Origin: Eledone cirrhosa
Lineage: Eukaryota
Direction: 5' to 3'
Length of the DNA stretch: 64,000 bases
Assembly (NCBI GenBank): GCA_964016885.1
Contig: OZ024756.1
Span: 29,512,001 to 29,576,000, forward strand
The translations under genes and the position numbers were made by a program. Below the pieces are notes generated by a model. It made no database searches. It saw only the letters and a list, made by a program, of their open reading frames with translations, and was not told the origin of the DNA. Numbering within the stretch: position 1 is the stretch's first letter; each line of letters begins with the position of its first letter. This document shows, piece by piece, positions 32,525-46,065 of this stretch.

Positions 32525-33987
32525 CGCGCGTGTGTGTGTGTATCGATAGACAGACAGATAGAGAGGTGGGAGAGAAGGTTAGTTCTATATTGTGAAAATA
32601 TGCAGTAAAAGACTTTATGAAGGCGTGTTGTTTAATGGTAGAGTGTTGGGCTTACAACTGTAAAGCCAGGAGTTCGATGCCCAGGCTATTGAACTCTTGA
32701 GCCAGGCACTTTTATTTCATGTTGCTCCAGTTCACTCAACTTTGTCACATACTGTGTCTTCCTGAGAACTGCATTGGGGTGGAATACTCAACCACTTGCA
32801 AGTTGAGTTCATTCATGAACAGGCTGTTCTGTTAATTGAACAGCTAAAACAGACAGAAGCCCCTTCTATCAAGAATGTTGAGGGTTCAGTATTGGGTGAG
32901 AGGTGAGACAGACAGGTGACTGAAAATTGCATTATAGATTTATATAAGATGTAGTGGGGTCTTGTTACTTGTACTTATCTTTACTGTTAAATAGTAATTC
33001 CTAATTACTAACATATAGAAATGTCATTCAGTCATAAACAGCCTCCCACCTCACTCTAACCCACCCTGACACCACCATTACACACTAAACCTGAAATTAT
33101 TTTTTTTTAAATGAAATTTACAACCCACACCTGTAACATAAGATTGTCAATGTTTAATGATAGGGACACCTTACCCATCCTATCATCAACCACTTTACAG
33201 CATGAACTGGGTGCATTTATCATGTAGATCACCAAAGACTAGAGAGGCTGTCATGCCTTAGCAGGATTGAAGGGTCCTCCCAACCCTCCACATCACCAAC
33301 CACTTCACAAGGGGGCAGCAGCTAGTGTTACAGCTCACACCTGTATCATAGAATTCTCAATGTTCAATGATAAGACCCCAGTCTTATGGTTACAGCTCAC
33401 ACATATGCAGGTTTAGCTGTCCATCTCATAGAAAGATCCTATCATGAAGAGATATGTAAAATGAAGTAGCTCGCTCAAATACGCAATGCACCACCTAGTC
33501 AAGGAATCAAACACATCATCTTTATATGATTGTAAGTCCAACATCCTAACCACTAGGCCATATATACCTTCAGTTTATATCATCTTTACTTTTAAGTAGT
33601 AGCTCCTAATAGAGACAAAGAAAATGGAATCAAATATGTTCACCCGATCAATGAAATATGTCACTCATTCATAAACAGCTTCACTCCACCCCTCCACCAT
33701 CACTCCATCCCTCCACCACACAGCAAACCAGAAATGTAACATGATCAAACCATTATAGAATAATAAAATTTTCTGTAACAACAATTTTTTGCATTTAAAT
33801 CCTCCTATTACACCTAACACCGACCGCTTAATTGTAAAGTGACAGTTATATATTTGAAGGTAGATGTAGCTACCGTACATGAATTAGAGGCCTTCGCTGT
33901 GAAAAGAATGAAAAGTAAAGTGTAAATACTTTCAATCATTTCCTCGGTTTCAGAAAAACATTAATACTGTAGCTACGTCTACCATAA

Positions 33988-34192
33988 CCCTTTAGCATTT
34001 ACATTACTCTATATATACTATTGTATTTTCATGGTAAAGGCATTACCTCACATAATATTAAATCTATGAGATTTTGATATTTATTTTGAGAGCAATACCT
34101 TAACATAAGTATGAGGAGCTGGTTATGGCCGGTTTGAAGAGAAAGAGGTGAGAGAATTCTGGCTGGATACAGCCGGTTTAAATGCTAAAGGG
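33988..34192. mobile_element. piggyBac-type MITE family A
   Basis: CCCTTTAGCATTTA...TAAATGCTAAAGGG-TTAA, a perfect 14-bp TIR. Confidence 0.85.
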
Positions 34193-34987
34193 TTAAGTTT
34201 GCTTTAAAATCTCAAAATAAATACACAGTGTTCTAGCATAAATATTATTTCTATTTTGATAATAGCCATGATGATGATGGTGATGATGACAATGTAACGA
34301 CAGCAACAACGATGAAACAACAATTTAAACACTAAAAAAGGCAGCTGAATATCATCAGTGTAATTGTATTTGATTTTCAAGGAAGAAGATATTGACTTTG
34401 ATATCTGATTTCTCTGATCAATAAAGAAATTTTGAGATATTAGATACTTTGGAGAGAAAAGAATCTGTGAAGAATTTACTTTCAAAAGTGTGGAATCTGC
34501 ATTATTCTTTCACTAGTTTCAGCCATTAGACTGTGGCCATGTTGGGGCACTGATTTGATTTAATGGATATCAACTCCAGTACTTATTTTATCAACCTCTT
34601 TTGTCAAACTGTTAAGTTGCAGGGATATAACACAAACGTAAACATAGATGGACGAACGGGCACACACACACACAAAAGTGTGTCATGGTGCAAGATTGAA
34701 CCCAAAACCCCATGGTTTCGAAACAAACACCTTAACCACACCCGGCCATACCAGCACCTATATTAGAAGAAAATATTTTTTGAAACAGACATTTTAGCCT
34801 GTTTATTTGAATACATAGCTCTGATAATGAACATTTTACATCAGTCTTCCATAGCGGAAGGGTGGGATAGTTTGTCATAGTCAGAGTCAATTCTTAAATC
34901 ACGATGGAGGACCATAACTCATGATTTCTACCACAGCAGGATGTCCCTCCTAATACCAACCACAAGATTAAGGTAGGTTGAATTTAA

Positions 34988-35204
34988 CCCTTTTATAACT
35001 ATATTTCTAATAAAATACATAATTTCAATTAATGAAGAATTTTAAGGCATTTACGAAAATTATCAATTATTCCATTACTAAGATAGTAACTTAGCATTTA
35101 TAAAATGATGTTGGAAGATTTAATTTAAACAGGAATCCTTCAAAATGCTTGGGTTTGTTTCTTAGAATCAGAGCCAGTTTTAGCCGGGTTTGGTAACAAA
35201 AGGG
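34988..35204. mobile_element. Older TTAA MITE family B; also about 120-370, 38173-38387, 39513-39822 and about 44300-44497
   Basis: TTAA-CCCTTTT...AAAAGGG-TTAA ends and shared GAAACTG..TTCT body. Confidence 0.6.
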
Positions 35205-35551
35205 TTAAAAAATCATGATCATCATCGTTTTTACACATTTTTCGATGCTGACATGGGTTGGACAGGAATTTTGGAGGCAGGTTTTGTTTTATGGTCAGAT
35301 TCTGCTAACTCTTTTAGTCATCTCTTACAACATGCAGGGATACAGTGTACCAATTCTAAGAAGCCTGACACACAGAATTCACTGTTTGAGTAAAAATGTT
35401 GACAGGTCATGGCTGAAACAGTTTTTATCATAGGTTTCATTGATCGAATTTCACTTGAAACTAAAAAAATAACAAACAACTGGCAGTATGGTTTAAAATA
35501 AAATTTTTTAAAATATATTTTCCAGGAAAATCTTATCACAGATAACAGGTA

Positions 35552-36010
35552 ACCACCTCCGCCCACGATTTTCGAGGTCTTCCTCTACTGCGTCTTACTT
35601 CTACTGGGATTTCTTGGCACTTCTTTACCCAGCGATCATCCTCCATGCGCATCACATGTCCATACCAATGCAGTCTTCTCTCCTGCACACTACAGCCTAT
35701 CCCTCTCAGACACAGTTTCTCTCTCAACTCGTCTATGTTTGGTCGTACACACAACGAAGCATGCTTGCTTCATTTCTCTCCGCAGTTGCTGCACATGTCT
35801 CACTACCATGCAGCATCGCGCATCTCACACAGGCATCATATAACCAGCCTTTCGTTCGTAAGAAGAAACCCTTCTTTGTCAACAGAGGAAGCAGCCCCCT
35901 AAACTTATTCCAACTTGTCCTCATTCTAGATACTATGGCCTCAGAGCACCCTTCTCCCTTGCTAATCTGATCACCTAGGTATCAGAAGCTATCAACCACC
36001 TCTATAGATC
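35552..36010 (-). mobile_element. RTE LINE fragment related to 1260-2620 and 19240-19513
   Basis: SWNKFRGLLPLL..LYDACVRCAMLHGSET..RRLHWYGHVMRMED..RGRPRKSW. Confidence 0.88.
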
Positions 36011-36503
36011 CTATAATAGTACATCTTCACTCAGATACCTAGCCAAAATGAAATGAATCTGACTGAGGTATGGTCCAACTTTAACTATGGAATGAAATCA
36101 AAGATAAAACCAAAACTATAACAATAGTTTCCAATCTAGACACCAGGCCAGCGATTTGGGGGGTGGAGAGATAAATTGATTAATATCAGCCACAATACAT
36201 GATTGGTACTTATTTTATCGAGCCTAAAAGGATGGAAAGATAAGTTGATCTTGTTCTTGGATTTGAACACAGAATGTAAAATCCAAGAAAAACACTGCAA
36301 AGCATCTGTCCAACACTCTACTAATTCTGCCAATCCAAATATCATGAAACAAGTCCTAGTGTTAGGTTTTCAACAACCATACAATACAACAAAATCAATG
36401 AAAATGAAACAATGTTGTGAAGATTGCAGGATTTGTGCAAGCAACAAAATAAAAATCTAAAACACACATGATGGGATATCAGCAGCATATATATCATGCT
36501 TAA

Positions 36504-36674
36504 CCCTTTAGCATTTACATTACTCTATATAAACTATTGTATTTTTGTGGTAAAGGTTTTATCTCACATAATATTGAGAACAATACCTTAACATCAGTGG
36601 CTAGTTACAGCCAGTTTGAACAGAAAGAGATGAGAGGATTCTCGACGGATACGGCCAGTTTAAATGCTAAAGAG
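36504..36674. mobile_element. piggyBac-type MITE family A; further copies at 38917-39097 and 40246-40392 (truncated)
   Basis: TTAA on both sides with TIRs. Confidence 0.82.
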
Positions 36675-36922
36675 TTAAAGATAAAAGGTTGATGTCAGGA
36701 AGAGCATCTACTCATAGAAAAATTCTCAGAAAAACCTATTTACAACCCATGCCAGCAAGGAAAAGCAGACAAAAACGATGAGGAAGTGGAAGATTACAAT
36801 GACATTTATTCTGCATTCAGACAATAGTGAATAAAAGAAACCAAAACAAAACAAAATAACAATTCTTTTTCTACTCGTCCTCATTTATAACCCTTGCTAG
36901 TTGCGAAAGCTGGCATTAAGTG

Positions 36923-37100
36923 ATAATTGTTTCTACTTTAGGCACAAGGCCAGCAATTACCCAGTGCATTACTGGTACTTTATTTTATTGACCCCATAAG
37001 GATGAAAGGCAAAGTCAACCTCGGCGGGATTTGAACTCAGATCGTAAAGGGACGTAACTATGCTGGAAAGCATGGTGTCCGACCCTCTACCAATACTGCA
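36923..37100 (-). mobile_element. Full-length tRNA-derived SINE with Nin/Deu-like domain
   Basis: A box, B box GAGTTCAAATCC, GCCTTTCATCCTT..GGGGTC(G/A)ATAAAATAAAGTACCAG, end AAGTAGAAACAATTAT. Confidence 0.85.
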
Positions 37101-37114
37101 AATAATGATAATAC

Positions 37115-37151
<37 letters not shown>

Positions 37152-38063
37152 TATATATCACCATCATCATTTAACGCCTATTAGCCACACTAGCATGGGT
37201 TAGACAGGTTGTCCCATTAGAGGCAAGTTGGCTCAGGTGACCGTGTCTTGCTTATATAGGGATTGTTTCTGGCTAGATTTCTATGGCTGGATGCCCTTAC
37301 TAACGCCAACCACATTTAGTGTGCAGGGTGCTTTTTGTCATGACTCCTATGCGACCACTTTACATATGTAAGTTGGAAAGTGATATATGTAAGGCTAAAC
37401 AATGCACTAAATGGATGATGGTAAGATGAAGGCATCGAAAAGGTTACCTGGTAATTTTTATTTTTCTTGTTTCTCTCATCCTATATATGAGTCGTCAAGT
37501 ATGAAATTTGTAGAAATTTGTTTTTTTTTTCTACAAATCTCATACTTGACGACCCAATATATATATATTTTGGATTAACTCTTTTCCTTCCTCCTTTCTC
37601 TCCCTTTCTTCCCACTCACTTCTTTTTCTATCTCACCATCTATCTCCTTTCTCCTCCTCTCTCCCTCACTTCCATATTCCTTCGTCTCTCCCTCTTTGCG
37701 CCTGTTATCGCTATGATCAGACGTTTTTCTCTTTGTGCTGTTAATACGGATTCAGGACTTACATTCGGACTCCTTTTTAACTTCTCCCTCTCACCCACTG
37801 GTTACTGCAACTTACATGTACTACTGTCTCGTGCTTCCCTCTCTCTATCGGTATGTTTTTCTTTTGTTTATTTTCTTTTTCTGTCATTCTCTTCACTATC
37901 ATGTTTTTTTGTTGTTGTTGTTTTCTTCCCTGATAACTATTACTCTTAGTTACGCACTGTGGTGAGATGTACTGTCTTTAATGCGTCGAAACATCAGTGA
38001 CCCACAGCAGACAGCCAAAGAGTGGGAATTGTCCTTATGTTTGTGATTCCCTTACGTTTTCTA

Positions 38064-38112
<49 letters not shown>

Positions 38113-40798
38113 ACACATTAATTTAGTTGTCTTTCCGCATACAGACCATTTAATTGTCCTTTAAGGAGATAACCCTTTTGGTATCAAAACACTTGAAACT
38201 GCCCCTAGTTCTGTTTGTTTTAAAGTGCTAGAACTTATCTAAAGATCTTTTATCGTGCCTTTGTGTTAAGAATTTGTGTTATGCTCGAAACACAAGCTTA
38301 ATGAGAAAGTTATATTACTAAATCCTTCCAAGTGCTTCATAATTTTCAAAATTAAATGAAAATCATAAAAATATAGTAATGAAAGGATTAAGAAAGAGGG
38401 GCTTGATCTCCAGACAGACAGCATATTGTCTTCTTAAACATGACATTATATTTCACAATGCCCCAGTCGACTCAGCTGGAAAAAAACTGAATATCAGCAG
38501 TAGCTGAAGTTTAATTATGTAATGGACTGGTGAAGAAACACAACACGAAAATGAAATAAACACCTGCTTAATAAGCTTCTAGGCTCAAAACAGGCTTAAA
38601 CTAGCATGTCTTGGTTTACAAGTCCAAGTATTACTGTGGTAGTTAGTGACTCAAGGACAATACAGTCCCCAAAATTTACTTCCTCTAGAGGAAGTTACCG
38701 GGGTGCTAGCATGGCTGTGTGGTTAATGAGTATTTCGCACCCACATGGTTTCAGGTTTACTCCTAATGCTCGACACCTTTGACATCTTTGACCTACACAG
38801 GTCTATCATGTGCCATGGTATTTTTATTGTCTCATAAACATTAAACCAATAAAATAAGCACTAGACTTGAAAAAAAAAAAACATTAGGCTCAACATGATC
38901 AACTAAAACCCCTTAACCCTTTACATTACTCTATATTTACTATTATATTTTCACAGTAAAGGCTTTATCTCACATAACATCGAATCTATGAGATTTTGAT
39001 ATCATTTATTTTGAGAACAAAACCTTAACATAAGCGAGTTTGAACAGAAATAGGTGAAAGAATTCTGACTGGATACGGACGGTTTAAATGCTAATGGCTG
39101 AAACCAAAAAAAAAAAAAAAAAAAGTTGATAAACACTTCTGAATCTATTAATACAAAACTGTCATAACAGATAATTTTTTTTTATTTATTTTGCCTATTT
39201 TATCAACCTTTTCCTTGTTTATGTGTAATTTGTATATAACACACACAAGAAATTATTAAAATTTAAAAAAATAGAATACAATAAATCCACAATGTAACAC
39301 TAGAAAATGAAATATTTTATAATATGATAGCCTAATGTAATTCAAATTTAAACATGAACTGATTCTAGCATTCAATGTTGTCACAGCAAGAGCTAAACAG
39401 TTTTATGTGGTTGGCATTGTAAAATACAAAATCTGACAAGCTTTATTAACATAACAGAAACCAGTAAGTAAAGTAGGGAGGTAGTTGTTTATCAACAAAT
39501 ATGTCAAATTAATCTTTTTTATATCAACCTGCCTGAAACTGTCTCTGATTCTATGAAATGAAATGAAATTTATAGAGCTTAGCCTCTTACAACATAGTAT
39601 TTCAAAATTTTGTAGGTTTTTCAGATGTTTTAAACCTAGGGAACTCAGTCACATCAAACATTTTCTTTATAATTTTATTTAAGAACATTTTTTTTAAGCA
39701 ACTTAACCAACTTAATGGGAAAATTACTTATTTTACTAAATCTTTCCAATTTTTTTATTATTTCCAAAAGGATTTGAAAATCATAGGCAGTGTCTTTTAT
39801 TAGAAATATGCTCATGAAAGGGTTAAAACCTCACTTCACAATTTGCTCTTATTTTATACAACTTTTATGGTTACATCGGAGAGGAAAGGATAGAGGCCAT
39901 GACACTTTAAAGAACTCCACATAAGACTAGTGTGAAGGCAGCGAACTGGCAGTCATTAGAATGCTGCATAGAATGTTTTACAGTATTTATTCCGGCTCTC
40001 TGCTTCACTTGGAGTTTAAATCCCACCATCGTCCACTTTACTTCTCGAGGTTACTACATTAAGTACCTCTCCAATACAGGAGTTGGTTCTTTCTTTATCG
40101 ATTTCTCTGAAAGAAATCAACTGTGTTCAGACCTAGAGAGGAACAGGCTTCACTAGGTTTAAATAAAATGTCCAAGACACTGTATGTCACAACAGGGACC
40201 GTAACATAGAAGACTAATGGGAAGTAGGGAGGAAAGTATATTTAACCTTTAGCATTTAAACTGGCCATAATTCTCTCATCTTTCTGTTCAAACCGGCTGC
40301 TCATTCTTTTTTTAAGGTATTGTTCTCAAAATAAATAACATCAAAATCTCATAAATTCGATATTATGCGAGATAAAACCTTTACTGTGAAAATATTAAAG
40401 ACCTGACCCTGAATGTTTGCAACAGAGTGAACTTTGCTAAACAGTACCCAGGGGCCAAGTAATGGTGTTAAAAATCAGTACCAGTAGCCATTGGTTTGGA
40501 CTAGCATCCTTTCCGGGAGAGAGAGAGTCTTGTTCTCTCCGTTGCTTAACACAATGGACCTGGAACAATGTCTGGGCTGATGAGCCTTTGGAAATAATTA
40601 TTTAGACATTGTAAAGTGATCATGTAGCTATCACGACAATAAGCGCCCAGCACACATTATAAATGTGGTTGGTGTTAGGAAGGGCTGTAGAAAACAACCC
40701 AAAATCAGTTCCATGTATATGAATCAATGTCCTCTGACCTGATCTCTCGCAAAGGGACTACCCGTCCTACCCCTGCTAGCATGGAAAATGGACGTTAA

Positions 40799-41015
40799 CC
40801 CTTTAGCATTTAAACCAGCTGTATCCGCTCAGAATTCTCTCACCTCTTTCAGTTCAAATCAGTCGTAACTGGCTATCCATACAGATGTTAAGGTATTGTT
40901 CTCAAAATAGATATCAAAATCTCATAGATTTGATATTATGTGAGATAATTATGTGAAATAAAGTGTTTTCTGTGAAAATGCAATAGTAAATATAGAGTAA
41001 TGTAAATGCTAAGGG
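40799..41015. mobile_element. piggyBac-type MITE family A nested in a SINE tail
   Basis: GGACG-TTAA[CCCTTTAGCATTTA..TAAATGCTAAGGG]TTAA-TCGATGATGATG; the TTAA is duplicated. Confidence 0.88.
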
Positions 41016-42639
41016 TTAATCGATGATGATGATGTTTTCTCCCTAACTAATGTTATCTTAGCACCAGGAAGAAAGACTATTACAAGAGACAAAATTATTC
41101 CAGAAACTATTTTTAGTAGCCATATCTCCAACTTACATCCTACTATCTTAAAACAAGGTCATGTAAGACAACATAGTCACAGATATACTATTTACTACTG
41201 GGTCACAGCTGGGACACCTTTTATTATAAGGTCAGTGCAGGCATTTAAAACCAGGACACGTCGCACAGTGATTTCTAATACTACTACTGTGTTTGAAAAT
41301 TAGATGGGATGGTCACAGCTGGAACACCTTTAACTGTAGGGTCAGCACAGACTTGAGATTAAAAAACAAATTCAAATCCATTTTCCATCTAATTAACAAC
41401 TAGCTTGTACAATATGAAATTGAACATAACTGGACTATAACATTAGGTAACCTTATCCCTTAGGTTTCAGGTGCTCTTCAAAAGGCTTATGCTCATCCTC
41501 ATCACATAACTGTACTAGAACTCTGGGTAACCTTATTCCATGGACTTCAAGATCTCTTGAAAAAAAATCTATGGACACTACAATGGTTTAAAATAGGTAC
41601 ATCATATTTCTGAAGGAATTAAAAGGGTTGGTGCCAGGAAGTGCATATGGTTGTAAAGCATTGCTACAAGAAGATCCCTATGATCAATATAAAATCTACC
41701 ATACCCCTGCTTTAGCAAGAGAATATAGCCTCAAAATACATGTCCTGAAAAGTCTATGGCAGTATTGGTAGAGCGTCGAACAACATGCTTTGCGTGATAG
41801 AGTTAGACCCTTTACAATCTGAATTCAAATCTTGCCAAGGTTAGCTTTGCCTTTCATCTTTACAGAGTTGATGAAATAAAGCACCAGTAATGTACCGGGG
41901 TCGATTTAATTGACTTTCTCCTCCCCTAAAATTGTTGGCCGTGTACCTAAATCAGAAATCCTTTTTTCTCAAAAAGGCTAACAGGAAAGCGCTGTCATCA
42001 CTTGATGCTTCAATAATTAGTGAAAATGGTAATTCACTCCTTCACACATCAGGAGAGTACACTAAGAAATTCTTTCATTCCTTCTCACATCTTGGATGCT
42101 GTGGCGAAGATGAGGGCCACTGCATCCGTAGTCAAAGGGAATAAGATTTTCAAATACCAAGAATTAACTTTTTTTTTTTTTTTTTTTTACTGTGACATTT
42201 GAGACGTTTGGGTGAACTGGACTGCTGACAATGAGGTTCTTGTCAATGTTGGTGAATCGCCTTATTGAAATATCAGGTGATGCTCGTGATGAGGGCGCTT
42301 GGTTAAAGCTATAATGCAGTTTTGCTGAAATATCAAGTGATGTTCGTGATGAGGGTGCTTGGCTGTTTTATCACCCTTAGCCACACTATCACCCGTGGCA
42401 ATACCGTATCTGGGCTTCATAAATTTTCAGATGGAAACCCAGCGTCCGCTGGTATGGTGTGGAGTGGTGTAGTGTGTGTCTCCTGCATTTTTTGTATACC
42501 ACCACCACCACCAAATAACAAGGAAGGTTGTCACAGAGAGAGAGAGAGAGAGAGAGAGGGACTATAGTAGGGGGGGGGTCGGAGGAGTCCAGTTGTTTAC
42601 AAATGAGAGGAAGGGGGAGCAATGACGTTCAACGGAGTG

Positions 42640-43660
42640 GGAGGAAAGAATGGTAGTAGGTAGAGGTAGTGATTATAATGGAACAAACCAACGAAAGAAA
42701 AACAAAAACAGACAGAAGTGGAGGTGTGAGATATATCGACAGAGAAAGGAGCAAGAATATATAATAATAATTAAAAAATTAACAAGCATACAGATATATA
42801 TATATAAATATTAAAGGAAGGTTGCAGTAGCAGGAGTAGCAGAGGAAGATAGGGGCGGCGGCAGTAGCAGGTGCTGAAAAACAAAGGAGTAAGAGGGGGA
42901 GAGGCTACCCCAACCCAACAGAAGATGCGAAAGAGAGGGAGGAAAAGACAGAGAGCAACTAAAAGGTGTAGAACAAAGGAAGGAGAGATAGTGGGAGTAA
43001 GAGGAGAAAGTAGTAGTAGTAGTAGTAGTAACAGCAGAAGCAGTACAGAAGAGGGGGAGGGAGAGAAGTGATAGTGGTAGTAAAGTGAAAGAGGGGAAGG
43101 CAGTAGCAATGATAGTGAAAGAGGGGAAGGCGGTAGCAATGATAGTGAAAGAGGGGAAGGCGGTAGCAATGATAGTAAAGTGAGGTAGTAGGAGCAATAT
43201 AGAAGAGAGGGAGTGAAGGAATGAGTGATAGTGGTGGTAAGGTGACAGAGTAGAGGGAGTGAACAGGAGTGATAGAAGTAGTAAGGTGAAAGAGTAGACG
43301 GAGTGAAGAAGAGAGAATGAACGAGAGAGTAATAGACGTAGTAAAGTGAAAGAGTAGAGAGAGTGTGATAGAAGTAGTAAGATGAAAGAGCAGAGGGATA
43401 GAAGGAGATAGTGATAGATATAGTAAGGTAAAAGAGTATAGGGAGTGAATGAGAGACAGTGGTAGATATAGTAAGGTGAAAGAGTAGAGGAAGTGAAGGA
43501 AAGAGAGAGTGATAGAAATAGTAGGTGAAAGAAAAGAGTAGTAGAGGGAGTGAAGTGAAAGAGTAGAGAGAGAGGAAAAGGAATGATAGTAAGGTAGTAG
43601 TAGTAGGAACGAAAGTAAAGGTGGTGGTGGTGGGAGCAAGAAAAAGAAGGAGGTAGCAGT
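42640..43660. repeat. Purine-rich low-complexity tract with 30-bp repeats near 43085-43175; similar tract at 52960-53530
   Basis: Strong A/G bias with GATAGTGAAAGAGGGGAAGGCGGTAGCAAT repeated. Confidence 0.8.
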
Positions 43661-43949
43661 ATAATGTATGTATGATAGGATAAAATTGGAACAGTGCTAC
43701 AAAAATTATTATTCAACATTACTGCAGTGAGGTTACTACTACTACTACTACTACTATTGACTTTATAATATATACACATACACACACACACACATATACA
43801 TATATATATATATAATATATATAATCACATCTCAACTATTTAAATTTTTAACTTAATTCAAATATTTATTTTATTTTCAATTAGCTAATTATTTATTATT
43901 AAATAAAAAATAATTAAACTCAGGGGGAAACTACACACATTATATATAT

Positions 43950-44041
<92 letters not shown>

Positions 44042-44497
44042 AAGAAATCAATGACCATACAAGCAACACATACTTTTATTTTTCTAAGAAATCAAAATGG
44101 TAGTGACTTCGAAGTTCCGGTTGAAAATATGTCTTGTCTAGCTTATCGTGCCGCTATTTTTACTTTGGGAAATAAAAAAAAATGCGAGCTTAAAAAACTG
44201 CATTAGCTTTCCTGTAATTAAACTATTTGAAAGCAAATGGGGAAATGAAGATGTTGTGGTAGCCATGTTTTGGCTAAAAGAAAATATATTTTAATAAAAC
44301 ACCCCAAGTCCTTCATTACAAAATTGTTCCAAAGTGTTATAATTTATCTAAAAAAAAAATCTTTCATCATAATTTTATGCAAGAATGTTCCAAACACCAG
44401 CTTGATATTGAGAAATTTAGTTTGTATTACTAAATATTACTAAATTCTAAATAATTATTCATTACATATCTCACAATACTTCATACAAAAGGATTAA

Positions 44498-44676
44498 ATA
44501 ATTGTTTCTACTTTTGGCACAAGGCCAGCAATTACCCAGTACATTACTGGTACTTTATTTTATCGACCCCGCAAGGATGAAAGGCAAAGTTAACTTCGGC
44601 GGGATTTGAACTCAGACCGTAAAGGGACGTAACTATGCTGGAAAGCATGGCGTCCGACTCTCTACCGATACTGCCA
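44498..44676 (-). mobile_element. Full-length Nin/Deu-like SINE
   Basis: Near-identical to 58505-58684. Confidence 0.88.
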
Positions 44677-45044
44677 ATTCATCAGTTTCCTAACACTAGC
44701 TAGGTCTATTTACAAAAATCTCTAAAATCTTCATTATATAAAATATTAAAAAATCATATAGACAGCGATTTTCATTAAAGATCTCTATCTAGTACGTAAC
44801 AAATGCTACTTTTGCTAAAATGTTTTCCGGTCTAATTCAGAGGTAAGAATAAGCTCACTACTTAGACCCAAAATTGGTGAACATATAATAAAATTTTTCA
44901 CCAGAAATATCTAGTTATTCTGAATACAAATTTCAGTAGTCATGGCTAATAAATACATATTTAAAATGTTTGATAGTTACAAAATAAATATTTCACTCCC
45001 TTCCGCCTTATGATTAAAATAAAAAAAAACAACACTGACCTAAT

Positions 45045-45075
<31 letters not shown>

Positions 45076-45314
45076 TACTATATATATATATAATTGTTTC
45101 TACTTTTGGCACAAGGCCAGCAATTATCCCAGTGTATTACTGGTACTTTATTTTATCGACCCCGTAAAGATGAAAGGCAAAGTTAACCTCGGCGGGATAT
45201 ATAATATATGAGGGAGAGAGACCCGTAACTCATGCAACCGAACTGAGATACATGTCGTGAGCATGTTTAAACCTGGCAGAGCCCATTCCTTCTCCAGCCG
45301 ATTTCTTCCAAAGC

Positions 45315-45348
<34 letters not shown>

Positions 45349-45947
45349 AGAGAAGAATCGACTCCAGTAATAGACTGGTACTTTTTTTTAATATATTGAC
45401 TTCGAAAGGATGAAAGGTAAAGTTGACTTCGGCGGGTTTTAAACTCAGGGTAGCATTGAGAGACGGAAAGAATGCCGCAAGCTGTCTAACCACTCCGCCA
45501 ATTCGCTTTTGTTAACAAGACCAACAGTAGGTCGTTGGTTGTAGCAGTAGTGGGGTGGTGGTAGCGATAGAAGCAGAAGTAGTAGAGTTGTGACGACATG
45601 AGATTACGGCCTCTTGTGCCCCATTGTCTATTCATCTGAGCTATCAAACACTATATACTATGCAACTGTCACATCCGCCACCAACACCATTACTACTACT
45701 ACTGCCAGTCTATCTTACTATCCCGCCTCCAAACTCCAATTTCACTCATTCTATATACATTTCAATAAGCTCCATCTCCAGTATTTGACCGTTTATTGTC
45801 AATCACCAATGTTACCGCGCTTGTGTGTGTTAAGTCACACCTTCATTTTCCATGTATTTTGAATTGAGGGTCTCTAGATCCTGTAGTCACATACTGGGTC
45901 TTTTTACATCGTATTTTCACGGAAATGTGCTAAGTACACACACACAC

Positions 45948-46065
<118 letters not shown>

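Noticed and set aside
42771-43791. Leu/Ser/Tyr-rich ORFs
   Set aside because: Reverse strand of a purine-rich low-complexity tract.
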